A stretch of DNA of 64,000 bases from the human T2T-CHM13v2.0 reference genome, Homo sapiens (GCF_009914755.1 NC_060933.1); one strand, 5' to 3'; positions 27,659 to 45,883 are shown, counted from the first letter of the stretch. Translations and numbers: made by a program. Notes: generated from the sequence alone by a model not told the origin.

Positions 27659-27853
27659 TTAAGTTATTGCCATAGGAAGAAAGTGGGCTGTTTTTTGTTC
27701 TTTCTTTGTTTTTTTTCCTCTTACAGGAATCCCCTTTTGATTTAAGGCCACAAACATTTCCCCTCCGTTGTTTGTCCATTTAGCTGCTGCATATGTGTTG
27801 TAATGGTTTTCCAGAATTAGATCTTTGAAGTTACAATCTTCATTGCATTCCTT
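27659..27853 (-). pseudogene. FGF7P: FGF7 (KGF) partial duplicate, exon 3 coding part
   Basis: Acceptor tcaacag|AAGGAATGC; translates to [64 protein letters not shown]-stop, the FGF7 C-terminus. No FGF7 exon 1 (MHKWIL... signal peptide) was found in the window. Confidence 0.96.
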
Positions 27854-29043
27854 CTGTTGAAACAAACAAACAAACAAACAAACAAACATGATCCAAATGA
27901 TTTTGAGAGAGGCTCAATTAAACGAAGAGTAAGCAGGTAATATTTGGTAGAATTGAAACATACACAACTTTTTTTAACCCTCAGATTGAGCAGGCCTAAT
28001 GTGGTTTATTAGCTAGACTTATGTAGTATATTTGCATTAAAAGGTATCTTAAATTTGAAATAGAAACACCACATAATACACAGCTAGTTATGAAATATGT
28101 GTAGCTTTTTGGAAGTTCATGTCAACTATTCTTTAAAATTAGGACCTATTTCCCCCTAAGTAACAGGCCTCATATTACTATTCCCACATCACTCATTCTT
28201 TAACCACTGGAAATTTGCTATAATTAGCAGAACCTCTGCCTCCCTCAGGTGAGAGACTTGTTTCACAACTTTTCTTTATTTACTTCTACATTGTCTTCAA
28301 TGGTAATGGAAGATAAAAGGTTAATTTGTTTGTTCATCCATGCAACCATTTGTTCATTCAGTTAAACCTGTATCATTATACAATTAGCCTGTTCCAGGCA
28401 TTATGCTGAGCTGTGGGAATATAAAGGAAAGCCAATTATATTTTATTACAGTGAGATGAACTGTTACATATTTTGCATTGTAGTGAAGTGGGAACAATGT
28501 GAATAATTACAGTTCAAAGCCCATGATTGTCAGATTGATATTGATGAATGAACTAAACATTTCAAGATTTTTTCCCAAGAATTCTCATGTCAGCAATGTG
28601 CAAATTGAGTGAACTTTAACAAAAAGAGCTTTAATACTGGCAAATGGAAATTTTGGATTTTAAATATCTAAAATGCACATGGAATTTTAGAGCTGGCAGG
28701 ATCCTTAGAGGTCAGCTAATTCAACTCATTTTACAGATGAAGAAACCAAAATCCAAAGAACAAGCCATTTGTCCAAAGTCACACAGAAAACATTTTTTCT
28801 TAATGTTTGAGTATAAAGTGTTTTAATAAAATCATTAAATTATACAGTTGGAGATAAATTAAGTCCATTTTTACTTTTCAGAATGGTGAGATATTTCAAC
28901 AAAAGAGTTTTAAAAATTAAGCCTAAGCTATCAATTATCAATACCTTTGCATAGAGTTTTCCTTCCTCGTTCGTTGCAAGATAGAATTCACTTTCCACCC
29001 CTTTGATTGCCACAATCCCAACTGCTACTGTCCTGATTTCCAT
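27659..29043 (-). CDS. Putative 97-aa KGF-like protein (spliced 29043-28945 + 27853-27659), equivalent to FGF7 Met98-Thr194; translation unproven
   Basis: 33 + 64 codons in frame with no stop, a phase-0 GT-AG intron and a strong Kozak context (ATCATGG). Confidence 0.45.
27860..27887. repeat. (AAAC)7 microsatellite
   Basis: Seen directly; reads (GTTT)7 on the FGF7P sense strand. Confidence 0.95.
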
Positions 29044-29048
29044 GATAT
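28945..29048 (-). pseudogene. FGF7P: FGF7 (KGF) partial duplicate, exon 2 (104 bp)
   Basis: Minus strand reads ttgcag|ATATCATGGAAATC...GCAAAG|gtatt and translates to (N)[34 protein letters not shown], matching FGF7. The 104-nt size is typical of FGF exon 2. The specific paralogue number cannot be assigned from this window. Confidence 0.96.
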
Positions 29049-29349
29049 CTGCAAGGAATCACAGAAAGACATGTCAAGTATTCGTTCAGCTTTGCAAATG
29101 ATCCACGAATGGCCGTTTGTTCTTATTTCTGTTTTAATCGGAAGTTTTTAAAATTTTTAATGTGATTATTTACTCAGCCCAAGACCCCGACCCACAACAG
29201 ATACACACAAACACCAGAATAGTCATTATATAAGGGAAGTGCAAACTGACGGTTTTTTATTTTGTAGAAAATATGTCTGTATCAAATAAATAGTTACATA
29301 TTTGAGTTCAGCTTTTTATTCTCTAGAATTAAATTTCTAATTTACTATA

Positions 29350-29580
29350 ATAATAATAGCTAATGTTTATTGAACTCATACCACATGCCAAGGATTATTG
29401 CATTGCTCTTATGTATTAACTCATTTACTCATAACCACAGATTGAGGCAGGTAGTCTTGTTATCCCAGTTTTACAGATCAGGAAACTGAAGCACAGAGAA
29501 ACTAAGACATTTGCCCAAATTCTTATACCTGATAAGTAGCAGAACTGGAATTTGAACCCAGACATTCTGGCTCTTAATCA
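29350..29580. mobile_element. MIR
   Basis: tatcccagttttacagatcaggaaactgaagcacagag...atttgaacccag. Confidence 0.75.
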
Positions 29581-30921
29581 TTATATAATTACTTTTCTAT
29601 TTGGATAAACTTTATCTTAAAAATTATTGCCAACAGAATAGCTCTTGAATATACTGAAAGTGAAGAAAATTCTAATTAAAGTAATTGTAAATGATGGTAA
29701 ACAGAGCCTACTGCCTTAAAAAAAAAAGATTGTTTTAAACTGATAGTATTTTGATACATGAAAAGACCATTTAAAACAAAATTATGAATCCTGTTTATAT
29801 AATACTTCATAACTTTATATCTTTGTAATTAACTTTTAAATCTTTGTTGAAATAGTATTTACAAAACATGTTTACACAAGAATGATAACTTACTATTTTC
29901 CTTTATTATATATATCTTCCTTAAATCCTGTGTTTTAATGACACAATAAAGTAAAATCTCAAGAAATTTATTAAAATGATGTAAAAATTTTAGTGTACTT
30001 TTATGCAATTTGCTATTAATTACATTTTCTACATGAAGGTACAGTCCTGAGACATTCTTTTACCTAAGTCTAACACAGTGCAAAGAAAAGTCGAAGTGTC
30101 AATTATCTGTGTGATTGGGCCTTCAAAAGCTATCTTCTAAAATATTGACTTAAAGAAAAAACTAATTGTTTTGCCCCATACCTTCACTTCATTCTCTTAT
30201 TTATTTTTTTGACTTCATTTTTGCTACCTGGATAATAAAATTTCTATTCATGTCATTGGGATTTAATGTAGCCTAGCTAATATTTCTCATTTGCCTCACA
30301 TATATGTTGCATACAGAAGCCCTTTTCCCAATATACTATACTTAACACTAGTCAGAGCTCGTCCAGTTGAGTTTCACAGCTACTCATCCAGAAATTGGGT
30401 TTTATTAAGAAAATGTAAATGAATGGATATTAATCTTTTTATATATTTATTAAGCATTATCACAACCCTACTGTGCATACAACCCTACTGTGGTTTTAGG
30501 ACACAAATTAAGAAAAACAGCCCTGGTTTCTGACACCAGAAGTTAAAACCTAATAGAAAGAGCAGACACGTCCATATATTTTGAAGAATTTTGAAGAACA
30601 CAGGCCTGAATAGGCCAGATAAAATTTTAATAATTGCTTACAAGCACATGAAGGATTATGATGTTGATGCATTCATGAAATGTTCAACAGGTCTTCACTG
30701 AGAGCCAATTTTATGCTAGGCTCAATTCACAGACAAGCCTTGCCCTTTTAGAGCACTCTATTTGGTAACTACAGCTTCATTGCATTAAAGGAAGCACAAA
30801 GGGAAATAACATGCAGAAGAATACTATTAGGTTAAATTTGTACGAATACAATGAAAAATACTGAAGAAGTTCATTGATTCAGCATATTTGCAATACCTCC
30901 AAAATGGAATGAATGTATCAG

Positions 30922-31000
30922 TTAGGTCGGTGCAAGAGTAATTGTGGCTTTTGCCATTACTTATATGACAAAAACTGTAATTACCTTTGCACCAAACTAA
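30922..31000. mobile_element. MADE1 (Hsmar1-derived MITE)
   Basis: ~80-bp imperfect palindrome ttaggtcggtgcaa...ttgcaccaaactaa. Confidence 0.85.
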
Positions 31001-31415
31001 TATTTAAAAGACATATGGAATAGTTGGTTTCTAAAGATCTTAGCATTGTAAAATATCATTAAAAAGTCAATATTTTCTTTTCCTTCAAGTCTCTTTACTC
31101 CTGCCATTCCTCCCTTTATTTAATATATTTTCTTTTAGATAAAAAGAGAATGCTGATGCACAAGCTTAGAGTGTCTTTCTTGATCAGTTATTAGGGACTA
31201 GAATCTGTAATGTTTGCTGGCTTTTCTTTTACAGAACAATTGTAAAACATAAATGTTGACTGATAGAGTTATTATTAATTATGATAGGCAGACATCTTCC
31301 CTTTTTGGTCCTGTCATGACAATAAGTTCATATTGTCCCACTCCCAAAACATTTTCCTCTATCCCCTGCCTGTCTATTACCCACTGTTTCTATACTGCAC
31401 TTTACAAGAGGTGAT

Positions 31416-31969
<554 letters not shown>

Positions 31970-32280
31970 CTACATTTGGCTGAGATGAGAACAGACTTAT
32001 ATTCTTAATTGCTTGACATATTTAAAAAATACCATTCACACTGGGAAATCAACATATCTAAAAGACAATTGCTTGGGGAGAGCATTAAGCAGTGTTGGCA
32101 GAATCAGTACCTTATCGACCCTATTTTCTAGTCTATTTTGTTCCATGTCCTACGACCCTCTTTTATTCAAGAAAAGCTCAAGAATAAAGAAATTAACATT
32201 ATCACTCTTTTGTTCAGTTGCAGTGTGGGGAGTGATGTTCCTTTCAATATGCACAAATATTTATAGAAGTGTTAAATATG

Positions 32281-32587
<307 letters not shown>

Positions 32588-33789
32588 TTATTAACTATGA
32601 AATCCTACCCCTCCAAATCAGAAGCCACGAAGTTGCTCAGAAAACATAATAGAAAAATATGTAATATGCAGATATTAAGTTAGTTACCAATATAAGTTAA
32701 TTATACTTGGTTTTTTTGTCTACAGTGTATCCGTTGCCTCATATAAAACAAATAGAAGAGGCTGTCTTTCTTTGTGGATTTCCATTTGTGCTTAAGAGAA
32801 GTTTGTTCACATAAATAGCACTCAGTAAATTTATTCCCAGAGATTTAAAGCATATTACATAGATGCATCCAATTGTTGACATAATGTCCATGATAACATA
32901 ATGACAGAGTTCAAAAATATAAATGAAAAAGAGAGAGAGAATCAGCTCATGCAATAGAACATGAAAAACCAGGCAATATGTCAAGCACATTGACCATTTT
33001 GCCTTGTTAGCAATATTGTCAACAATAGCATAAATTTATTATTTAGGATGTCACCCTTACACACTAGAGACTATGCCCTAAATAGCTTCCCTATTTTTTA
33101 TCGTCTGGTTCAATAATTCATGAATTTATCTAAACTTTTTGTCTGTTTATTATTTAAACCTGTGTCACACTTGGAATGAAAAGTGGGGAACTTTGATCTA
33201 AATTGCAATTACTTTTTAAAAAAATTCTCTAAAGTCTTTCAGAATTTTAGGTGTCCCTCTAATCTTGTATTTCAGAAGTTGATACTAATTCTTTTTTTAA
33301 TTACCAATAGCTTTGTGATTTTAAAGTGCTTTAACTTTCCTGTTTGAAAAATTACTTTTTAGTGTCTCACTACACAGAATCCATGGCCACCAATCTCAGC
33401 ATCATTAATATTTCTTTTTCCTGAAACTGTTAAAGCCTTATATTTAAAGTTTTGAAGGGGTATATATTAATATGGCTGTGCTAGCATGATAGCTAAATAT
33501 TTTCAAGTTGCAAAAAAAAGTGGAGGCAGCGGTTTGATAGTTAGCCAGTCAGAACATTTAATCTTGTCCTTGATCAAATATACCCTCTTCGGCATGTTAA
33601 AACTAAGAACTAGTATCAACAAAGAAAAAAACATTTAAATTTAAATACATTTTATGATTTTCTGTCAAGCCTGGATTGTTGAGTGGGAAATCTTAACCAT
33701 TATATATTTATATTATGTTTAAGGCTATAGATTCCATTCATTTTACATCACTAAAATACACCGACATATACATATATGCAAAAAATATA

Positions 33790-35397
<1,608 letters not shown>

Positions 35398-37305
35398 CTT
35401 TCTTTTATTTTAATAAAATAACTACCTAATTTATGACAGTAGGAAAGTAGGATCTGGTGTTCTCTGAGCTTCTTTGATTTGTGGGCAGGTGTCTGTTGCT
35501 GAATTTTAAAAGTTCTCAGCCATCCCTTTTTTCTTTTCACATTCTGGGTGAATGCAGTTTTCATAGAAGGTGCTAGATTTGTGCAACCCTAAAGATAGGT
35601 GACTCCTCTGACTCACAGATCCCTGGGAGCCTCTCCCGAACAGAGTTTCTTTATCCACACACCCCACTTCCCACACCCACTCTTCCACATAGGTGTTCTG
35701 GCCACCAGTAATCTCTGAAGGATGGAAGATGAAGAGACATGACTTTTACCTGAGTCTCTACTCCTCCCAAGAGAATGAATGTTCCTGGAAACTTAACCAA
35801 CAGAAAATCAGGGGATATCAATATATGTAAGCACTCATTACTCATGTAATGGAGGCCTTGGCAAAATGTGACACGTAAATTTCTGCTCAGGGAGAGTAGA
35901 AAATAGGCACAGAGACTAGAGAGACTGGTAAAGAATGAAGCCTCAAAGGTGATTGAGTTGTGTTAAAGGAACGTCTTGATCAGGCTTTGCTTTATTTTTC
36001 TCTTGTGGAGTATGAAACTGGGTGTTACAATTAAATATATTTCTTGATTTCCTAAAATGTTATAGGCTGTTTCCAATTTTTGTTATTTTTGGAGTTTCTT
36101 AAATCGAAATTTGATTCAGGATAATTAAAAAATATAATGTTAATGTTAAGATGGAAGGTAGGTCAAAAGGCAATCATGTTAAACAAGAGGAGAATTGGAG
36201 ATAAGACCTTGAACACGAAAGTATTCTTAAATTCTTGACTATTATGATACAGTTTGCATAAACAACTGAGATTTCTTCAGAAAACTATAGTGAAATGGGA
36301 CACTACAAATCAAATATAAATTTAAAAATGAACACATTTATTCAATACATATCCATAGATTATTCTGGATTAAATGTACACATTTTAAGAATAAAGTTTT
36401 AAATTTGAAAATGAAAGACTGTTTCCCATCTAAACAGACCGTTGGCTTCAAGATACTTACAACTGTGTTAAATCATCTTCCATTGGTTATAGTTGATTAT
36501 GGCATGGGCATCCCCAAATCTGGCTGACCCATACTACGTTTTTCCTAAATCTCTTTTTTCTTCTGTATCTTGCTAGGCTGCTGGTTCATCCTCCCAATTT
36601 CCTGTATTTAAAACCCCAGTGCCATGTTTGACCTTGTCCTTTCTCTTCTACTGTTCACATCTTCTGTCTCTCACATTCATTCCAACCTACACATCCCAGT
36701 GGCCTATTCCTATTTAAGCACCCAACCCCCTCTCTCCTGAATGAATGCAGAAAACTTTCTCATCTCTGGACTCATAGCACCACAGCTATTTTTACACATG
36801 ACTGTCAGATGTGTGGAGTTCTTGAACCATAGTTCTGTGGTGTCATCATTCATTTTAAAAATTTTGATTGGCTCCCTATTACCTAGAAAATAAACTTTAG
36901 TATCCTTTGCTCAACATGTGAGGCCCTCCACAATCTAATTTCACACACTCCAAAACCTTATTTCTACCTACTCTCTTCCAAGGACCCTGAACCCCACATT
37001 CCAGGCAAATCCAGTCATTGAACACTTACATAGGCCATCAGAAGTCACTGCAAAACCAATCCGGTCTGACTCCTATGTTGTTTAGTGCTCTATCCCCTTT
37101 GTCTGAAATGGCTTTCCCTCCACCTCTATTTTTATTTACTGGCACCTTCCACAGCTTTCAACATTCAGTTTGTCATGAAGGCAGCTGTTATAGACTGGAC
37201 TAGAAGACTGTGAACTGAATTGGTGGTTTCCAAATCAGTATCACACTTGATTCCCACCTCCAGAAATTTTGATAGAGGGGGCCTGGAGTAGAGCCAATGA
37301 GTCTT

Positions 37306-37339
37306 ACACACACACACAGACACACACACACACACACAC
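37306..37339. repeat. Interrupted (CA)n microsatellite
   Basis: Seen directly. Confidence 0.9.
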
Positions 37340-39109
37340 CCCAAAACAAACACACACTTACCCTAATGACTATCTAGGTGCCAGCCCTAGCCTAGACCAG
37401 GCTGGTGGAACATGCTGGATTAAAAACAACAGGACACTGAGAAAGTATTTGCTACACAGACATATGGGATTTGACCATGTGTTATTTACAGATAACCTAA
37501 CTCATTGGAGTAAAACCTATCTTAAATTGGCATATGGTATAGGATATGTTGTAGCATTTTATTAGTGAACATTTGTAAGGTTTTATTTGTGAAAGCTAAT
37601 AAGACTGCATTTGTGACCATCACAAGGAAAACAGATAAAACTGTATTTGTGACCATCTCAAGGAAGGTGTGTCCTATGCCATGCTCACCTGCCAAGCTGG
37701 CTGCAGTCCCTTCCTCTCCTGACTTCACTTTGCCCCTAAAGGTATCTCTGTTATTATACTCATGGCTTTCCATTTTCTAATACTGTGTACTGATCATTTC
37801 AACACATGCCTTATTCTCTAAACAGACTGAAAGATTCATTAAGTATCTGAAAAGCAAATGCTGATGAACTTGCCTAAAATAAAAAGCATGAACCATGCAA
37901 GTTTCTAACATAGATTGTAGCAGCCACCCCACATGACTGCAATCGCCTCCCCATTGATCTCCCGGCTGACACATTCTATGTATTTGTAACTCAGCAACCA
38001 GAGTGATCCTTTAAAAATTATCAGAGAGCACCACTCCTCTTAGTAAAGCACTACCCCACCCCAGTCACGTAGCTTTCTGATTCACAGGAGTAAAAGCCAA
38101 AGTCCTTATAATGGCCTAAAAATCGTACATAATCTGTTCCTTTTCAGATTTCATTCACTACCATCTTCCCCCTTCTCTCTCTGTTCCAGTTACAACAGCT
38201 TGCCCCCTCAAACACAACTAGTATGTTCCTGCCCCAGGGCCTTTGCACCTGCTTTTTCCTCTTAGAGCAACAAGTTTGCTCCAGATATCTGAAAAGCTGA
38301 CTATCTCGCCACCTTCAGATGTGTGTTCTAATGTCTCTTTATCAATGAGAGCTTCTTTGTCCACCCTGGGCATCTTCTTGCCCTTCCTTGCTTTATTCTT
38401 CCCCATGGCACTTACTCACATTGGACACTAAACACTTGTTTCCTTAGCTAGGCATTCTTCTCCTACCCTCACAACAGTAGGAATGTCCTAAGGTTTTGAG
38501 AAGACTCCCGTGCTAGGTTTCCAGACTCCTGTCCTCTCACATTTGGTGCTCATGCACCTCTTGGTCATTAGTGCACTCCAGAGGTTAGGACCTAGAGTAC
38601 GTGGCTGTCCTTCAGAGGAGGGAAAGGGATTGCTTGGGAGCAGAGAAGGGAGCTTTGGCCTCGCAGTGCAGGACCCCTGTGCCCACAGGCCTCTGTGTGT
38701 TGACAGCAATGCTCTTGGTGTCCACCTGCACTGCCCTCTGGTGTTCAGTCAAAATCAAGCAAATGGTTACGAACTGCTATAGGGGATTGTTACCAGGTCC
38801 TGAGTCTGTGTTGGAAACACAAACCCAGAAGCAAACAAATCTGCCCAACACCCCTGACACGTGGGTTTCACAGAAAATACTGAGGTCAGAGTAGCATGTT
38901 AAATGACACCACAGTGACAACACAATCATAAAAATCTACACTGTGGACTCTGTCCTAGTTTCTTTAATGAATTGCATGGAAAAAAAAAGATGGAAGGGGA
39001 AGAATAAGAATGAAGAATGCTTTAGAGACTCTGCAATCCATCGTAATATCCGTACAAGGATTCTGCTTTTTTAAAAAAAGAAAAATGGTGTGAAAAAATA
39101 TGTAAGACT

Positions 39110-39420
39110 GGCCAGGCAGCGTGGCTCACACCTGTAATCCCAACACTTTGGGAGGCCGAGGTGGGTGGGTCACTTGAGGTCAGGAGATCAATCCTGGCCA
39201 AGCCTGACCAACATGCCAATATGGTGAAACCCCGTCTCTACTAAAAATACAAAAAGTTAACCAGGCATGGTGGTGGGCACCTGTAATCCCAGCTAATTGG
39301 AAGCTGAGGCAGAAGAATCGCTTGAGCCCAGGAGGTGGGGGTTGCAGTGAGCCGAGATCTTGCCACTGCACTCCAGCCTGGGTGACAGGGCGAGACTCTA
39401 TCTCAAAAAAAAAAAAAAAA
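39110..39420 (+). mobile_element. AluS
   Basis: Full Alu; gtaagac flanks both sides. Confidence 0.95.
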
Positions 39421-39971
39421 GTAAGACAATCAGGGAAATTGGAACAGCGACTGGATTTTGGTTAAAAGTAAGTAATTCTGGCTAATTTTTTAGATGTATT
39501 ATTTTAAAAAGGGGATCCTTACCCTTTGGAGGTGGATACTAAAATATTCATGGATGAAATGATAGGATGCCAGAAATGCTCTTCAATTAATCTATGTCAG
39601 GGAAGTGGGATCAGAGGAATCAGGACTGTCTAAAACTGAAGCTGGGTATTAGGTCAATGAGTTAATTATACTATTCATTCATTATGCTATTTATTTCCTT
39701 TTGTATATTCTTTAAATTTTTCATAATAATAGTAATAAAGATATGTTGAACATGGTAAAGATGGAAAATGTACAGAGACAGAAGAAATATTCTTATTTTT
39801 TATTTCATACAATTCTATAGTTTCACATTTTGTTTTGTTTTACTGTATTTATGCATTAATTCTATAACTGTAAAACATGGTATTAATAATTAAACTGACC
39901 TTATGAAAATTTTTGGAGAGTGAAAACTTTGAAACTCATGTGCTAGGTACATCATTAAAATTTATCATTCA

Positions 39972-40306
39972 GGTGACACCTGATGACTCACATCTATAAT
40001 CCCAGTAATTTGGGAGATGAAGATAGGAGGCTCCCTTAAGCCCAGGAGTTTGAGACCAGCCCTGGCTATATAGTGAGAGCCTGTTTCTACAAAAAAAAAA
40101 AATTATTTTTAATTAGCCAGGCATGGTGGCACTCACCTGTAGTTCCAGCTACTCAGGAGGCTAAGGTCAGAGGATAGCTTGAGCATGAAAGTTCAAGACT
40201 GTAGTGAGCCATGGTCATGCCACTGCACTCCAGCCTGGGCAACAGGGTAAAACCATGTCTTAATAAACAAACAAATAAATACATAAATACATAAATAAAT
40301 AATAAA
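39972..40306 (+). mobile_element. AluJ
   Basis: Diverged Alu (aagcccaggagtttgag, ggatagcttgagc) with a (TAAA)n tail. Confidence 0.85.
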
Positions 40307-40485
40307 GTATTCCATTCAACATTTTTACCTTAGTAATGCTCAACATTTGGTTTCTACTTATTTCCTTTTATGTTGTATTTTCTAGACCAAATTCACATAT
40401 AGTATAAAGCAGAAGAAACTAATGATTAAATTCATTGTTCGTAATTGTATTCAGTTTCCTATTTTCATCAACATTTGTTTACAAA

Positions 40486-40779
40486 TTTTTTTTTTCTTTT
40501 TTGAGACAGAGTCTCGCTCTGTCACCCAGGCTGGAGTGCACTGGCGGGATAGCTCACTGAAAGCTCCGCCTCCCAGGTTCATGCCATTCTCCTGCCTCAG
40601 CCTCCGGAGTAGCTGGGACTACAGGTGCCCGCCACCATGCCTGGATAATTTTTTGTATTTTTAGTAGAGACGGGGTTTCACCGTGTTAGCCAGGATGGTC
40701 TCAATCTCCTGACCTCGTGATCTGCCCGCACCGGCCTCCCAAAGTGCTGGGATTACAGGTGTGAGCCACTGCCCCGGTC
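40486..40779 (-). mobile_element. AluY
   Basis: Full antisense Alu; TSD tgtttacaaat / tgtttagaaat. Confidence 0.9.
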
Positions 40780-42120
40780 TGTTTAGAAATATTTTTAAAG
40801 AATTATTGCACTTCTGTTCGGATAGAAAAACAAAAATACATTTTAAGAATATATATTTATATGTATGAAAATATAAAATTTTGAAAAGTTGAATATTTCA
40901 AGCCAATTATGTAGATGTCCTTGTCCTTCCCTGAGCTGCTGACTCACGTTCCACGAAGCGGGATGGGTCTCACAGGGCCTGTCAGGATGCAGGCTGTGAT
41001 GTGAAGGCCACTCGAATCTCACAGGATTGGACGGGTTTGTGAAGGAATTTGGAGCGAGCCTTAGTTAGCTCCTTAACATTTCCTTTGAGCAACATCAGTG
41101 CTTTTGACATTTTGCACTGCCGTATAAAACTGTAAGTGTATGCAGAGATGTATGTTTCTGAATAAATCACAAAATTGACAAGCAACTGCCATGCATTGTT
41201 TTTTGCATCATAGCTAACTGATAAAGTACAGACTGCAACATTTACTTATTCAAATACCTTTAAAGATCTGGTATTTTTTTGCTTCTACTTCCCAGGAATT
41301 TGACCTCAGGGACATTTTCTATTATTTCCATATCTATTGAAATGAACTCAAATCAAAAATGAGAATGTTTCATTATACATTTAAAATGTGAGTTTTCCCA
41401 TTTAAAGTCACGCAAACTGAGGTTACTACGAAAAAGATTTAAAATTGTGCAGAATGAATCACTGAAAAATTAGTTTATTCTAAAGATCATATATTCAGAG
41501 TAAATATATTTAAATTTTATTCAGTTTCCTCTTTGTCAGCAAATTAGTGAATAACATTACTGATATCTTAGATGTTTGTGGACACAAAGAGAATAGAGGT
41601 AAAAATCATGACCCTCAAAGAGCTCAAAATCCTAAGATTTTTATGGGCAGCCCCAGAGGTATAAAATTCAAAAGGACATTACTTCTCCATTCCTGATTAG
41701 GTACGCAATGTTCTGGATTATTCATGGCTCTTGGATACTTGAGAGTAATAATGACAGTGACCTCTGAATTAACATAGTTCAACTTTTATAATAATTATGA
41801 CCTTCAACCATGTGAAGTTTGTGGAGCACTGAGATTTCTTGGGGCAATTTTGTAACAGCTAATTCTTAACAGCAATGTTATTTCAGGCTTTTTGGACATT
41901 CCCTGTTACAACTGCTGATCTTTTATTCCTATAATGGTACAGAATTCTTTGAGAAAAATAAATTCATCTTTTCATTCATTTAAGGGAAAATTGTCAGCAC
42001 GAGCCTATGGCTATAATGTTCTCCATCATTTAAAGAATAAAAGGAATAATCTGGTTGAAATTGAATTATCTAAGGTTACATATGGTTTTGATTCAATGGT
42101 TAACGTGCATTTTTAACAAG

Positions 42121-43257
<1,137 letters not shown>

Positions 43258-43452
43258 GATTCTCCTGCCTCAGCCTTCTGAGTAGCTGGGACTATAGGCA
43301 CAGGCCACCACACTCGGCTAATTTTTGTATTTTTAATAGATACGGAGTTTCACCATGTTGTCCAGGATGGTCTCGATCTCCTGACCTCGTGTTCCACCTG
43401 CCTCGGCCTACCAAAGTGCTGGGATTACAGGCATGAGCCACCGCGCCTGGCC
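43258..43452 (-). mobile_element. Alu lacking its 3' end and tail
   Basis: gattctcctgcctcagcc...ccgcgcctggcc. Confidence 0.9.
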
Positions 43453-44623
43453 AAGTGAGGCGTTTTAAACAGCGCGTGGTTCCAAGTAATGGCTCAGAAA
43501 AGTTAGCTATTAGAATTGTAATGGTTGTTAGTGATGTTTGCCATTTTCTTTAAGAATTTCACACTTGTATCAAAAAACAGTATTAAAAAAACTATACAAT
43601 CATTTAATATATAAAAAGGATAATTCTTTGTAGTTTAAGCCATAAAAGTTGCATCCAAACATAGATTTAAATAACCTCTTCTCCCCACCTTTAATAGTCT
43701 TTCAAAATATCGCATGTGCTTTTTATATTGTGAAAAGAAATAAATTAAATAGTCATACTTACATGATTAAAAGTTATTTTCATGTACTTCGGGAATTTGT
43801 TCATATTAGTTACACTTCAAGTTAATATTACATGTAATATTAAATGTACTTAATATTAAAAGTGCATTTAAAATACTTGAATGAAAATAAATTTTCATAA
43901 TCAAATAAATCCCAGCACTGATTCAAGAAAATTATACCACCATGCTCATACTAAGAAGACACTGAATCAAAGCAGAAACACATGCCTTAATCGTTGATAA
44001 GTGAAGCCTTCAGTGAGTATCAAAAATAAAAGATAGCAAAAACAGAATAATTACTACACTAATCATAGATGATTGGCAAAGGTAAACATAACAAATTTCT
44101 AGTAAGGAGCTGCTTCAAAGAGTGATCTTTATGCGGGAAAACTCCAGCCTGGTGCCTTTGGGATCACTGATTTCCCTTGCTGGGAGTACTTGCGGTGAAA
44201 CTAATAAAATCACTGAGGTGCCACAAGAAAAATAACATGGGAAGAAGCTGACCACCGAGTTACAGATTCATGGGAAAGACATCAGGAGGTCATTTCCCTC
44301 ATTTCCTTGCCTTGAGATTAATACTCAAGTCATCAACGCTAAATAAATATTTCCTGAAAATAAAGCATTTCTAGGAAAAAAATAACTTTGAGAATCCTCA
44401 TGTTGGTATAATTGAATCAAGGACAGATGTGACTAACTTCAGAAGTCTGTTGTTCTTCCTATATTCAGTCCAGCAAACTCTCAGCAAAGCCCCCAGTGTA
44501 TGAAGAATATGAAAAAGGAGCTCTACTAGTAGAATTTGGGACTGAGAGTCCAGAGTTCTGATCTTTTGGCCTGTGCCTTCTAATGCCCTTTCACCCCACT
44601 TCATCTAAGGCAACCCTAGAAAT

Positions 44624-45572
<949 letters not shown>

Positions 45573-45600
45573 ATTGTCTCATAAGAATAGAGATGCACTT

Positions 45601-45883
45601 GGTGGGTCATGCCTGTAATCCCAACACTCTGGGAGGCTGAGGAGGGCGGATCACGAGGTCAAGAGATCGAGACCATCTTGGCCAACATGGTGAAACCTTG
45701 TCTGTACTAAAAATACAAAAATTAGCTGCGCATGGTGGCACGCGCCTGTAGTCCCAGCTACTCAGGAGGCTGAGGCAGGAGAATCGCTTGAACCGGGAGG
45801 GGGAGGTTGCAGTGAGTAGAGATAGTGCCATTGCACTCCAGCCTGGTGACAGAGTGAGACTCTATCTGAAAAAAAAAAAGAAG
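45601..45883 (+). mobile_element. AluS (slightly 5'-truncated)
   Basis: TSD aagaatagagatgcactt / aagaatagaggtgtactt. Confidence 0.95.

Noticed and set aside
27659-29048. Calling this the functional FGF7 gene
   Set aside because: No exon 1 is seen, five residues differ from FGF7 as I recall it, and the flanks look like rearranged duplication junctions.
37598-37668. Short tandem duplications (here 33 bp; also ~7795-7843, 30462-30492, 46611-46651, 48870-48897, 54074-54110)
   Set aside because: Two-copy slippage events with no spacers or array structure; not CRISPR-like or coding repeats.
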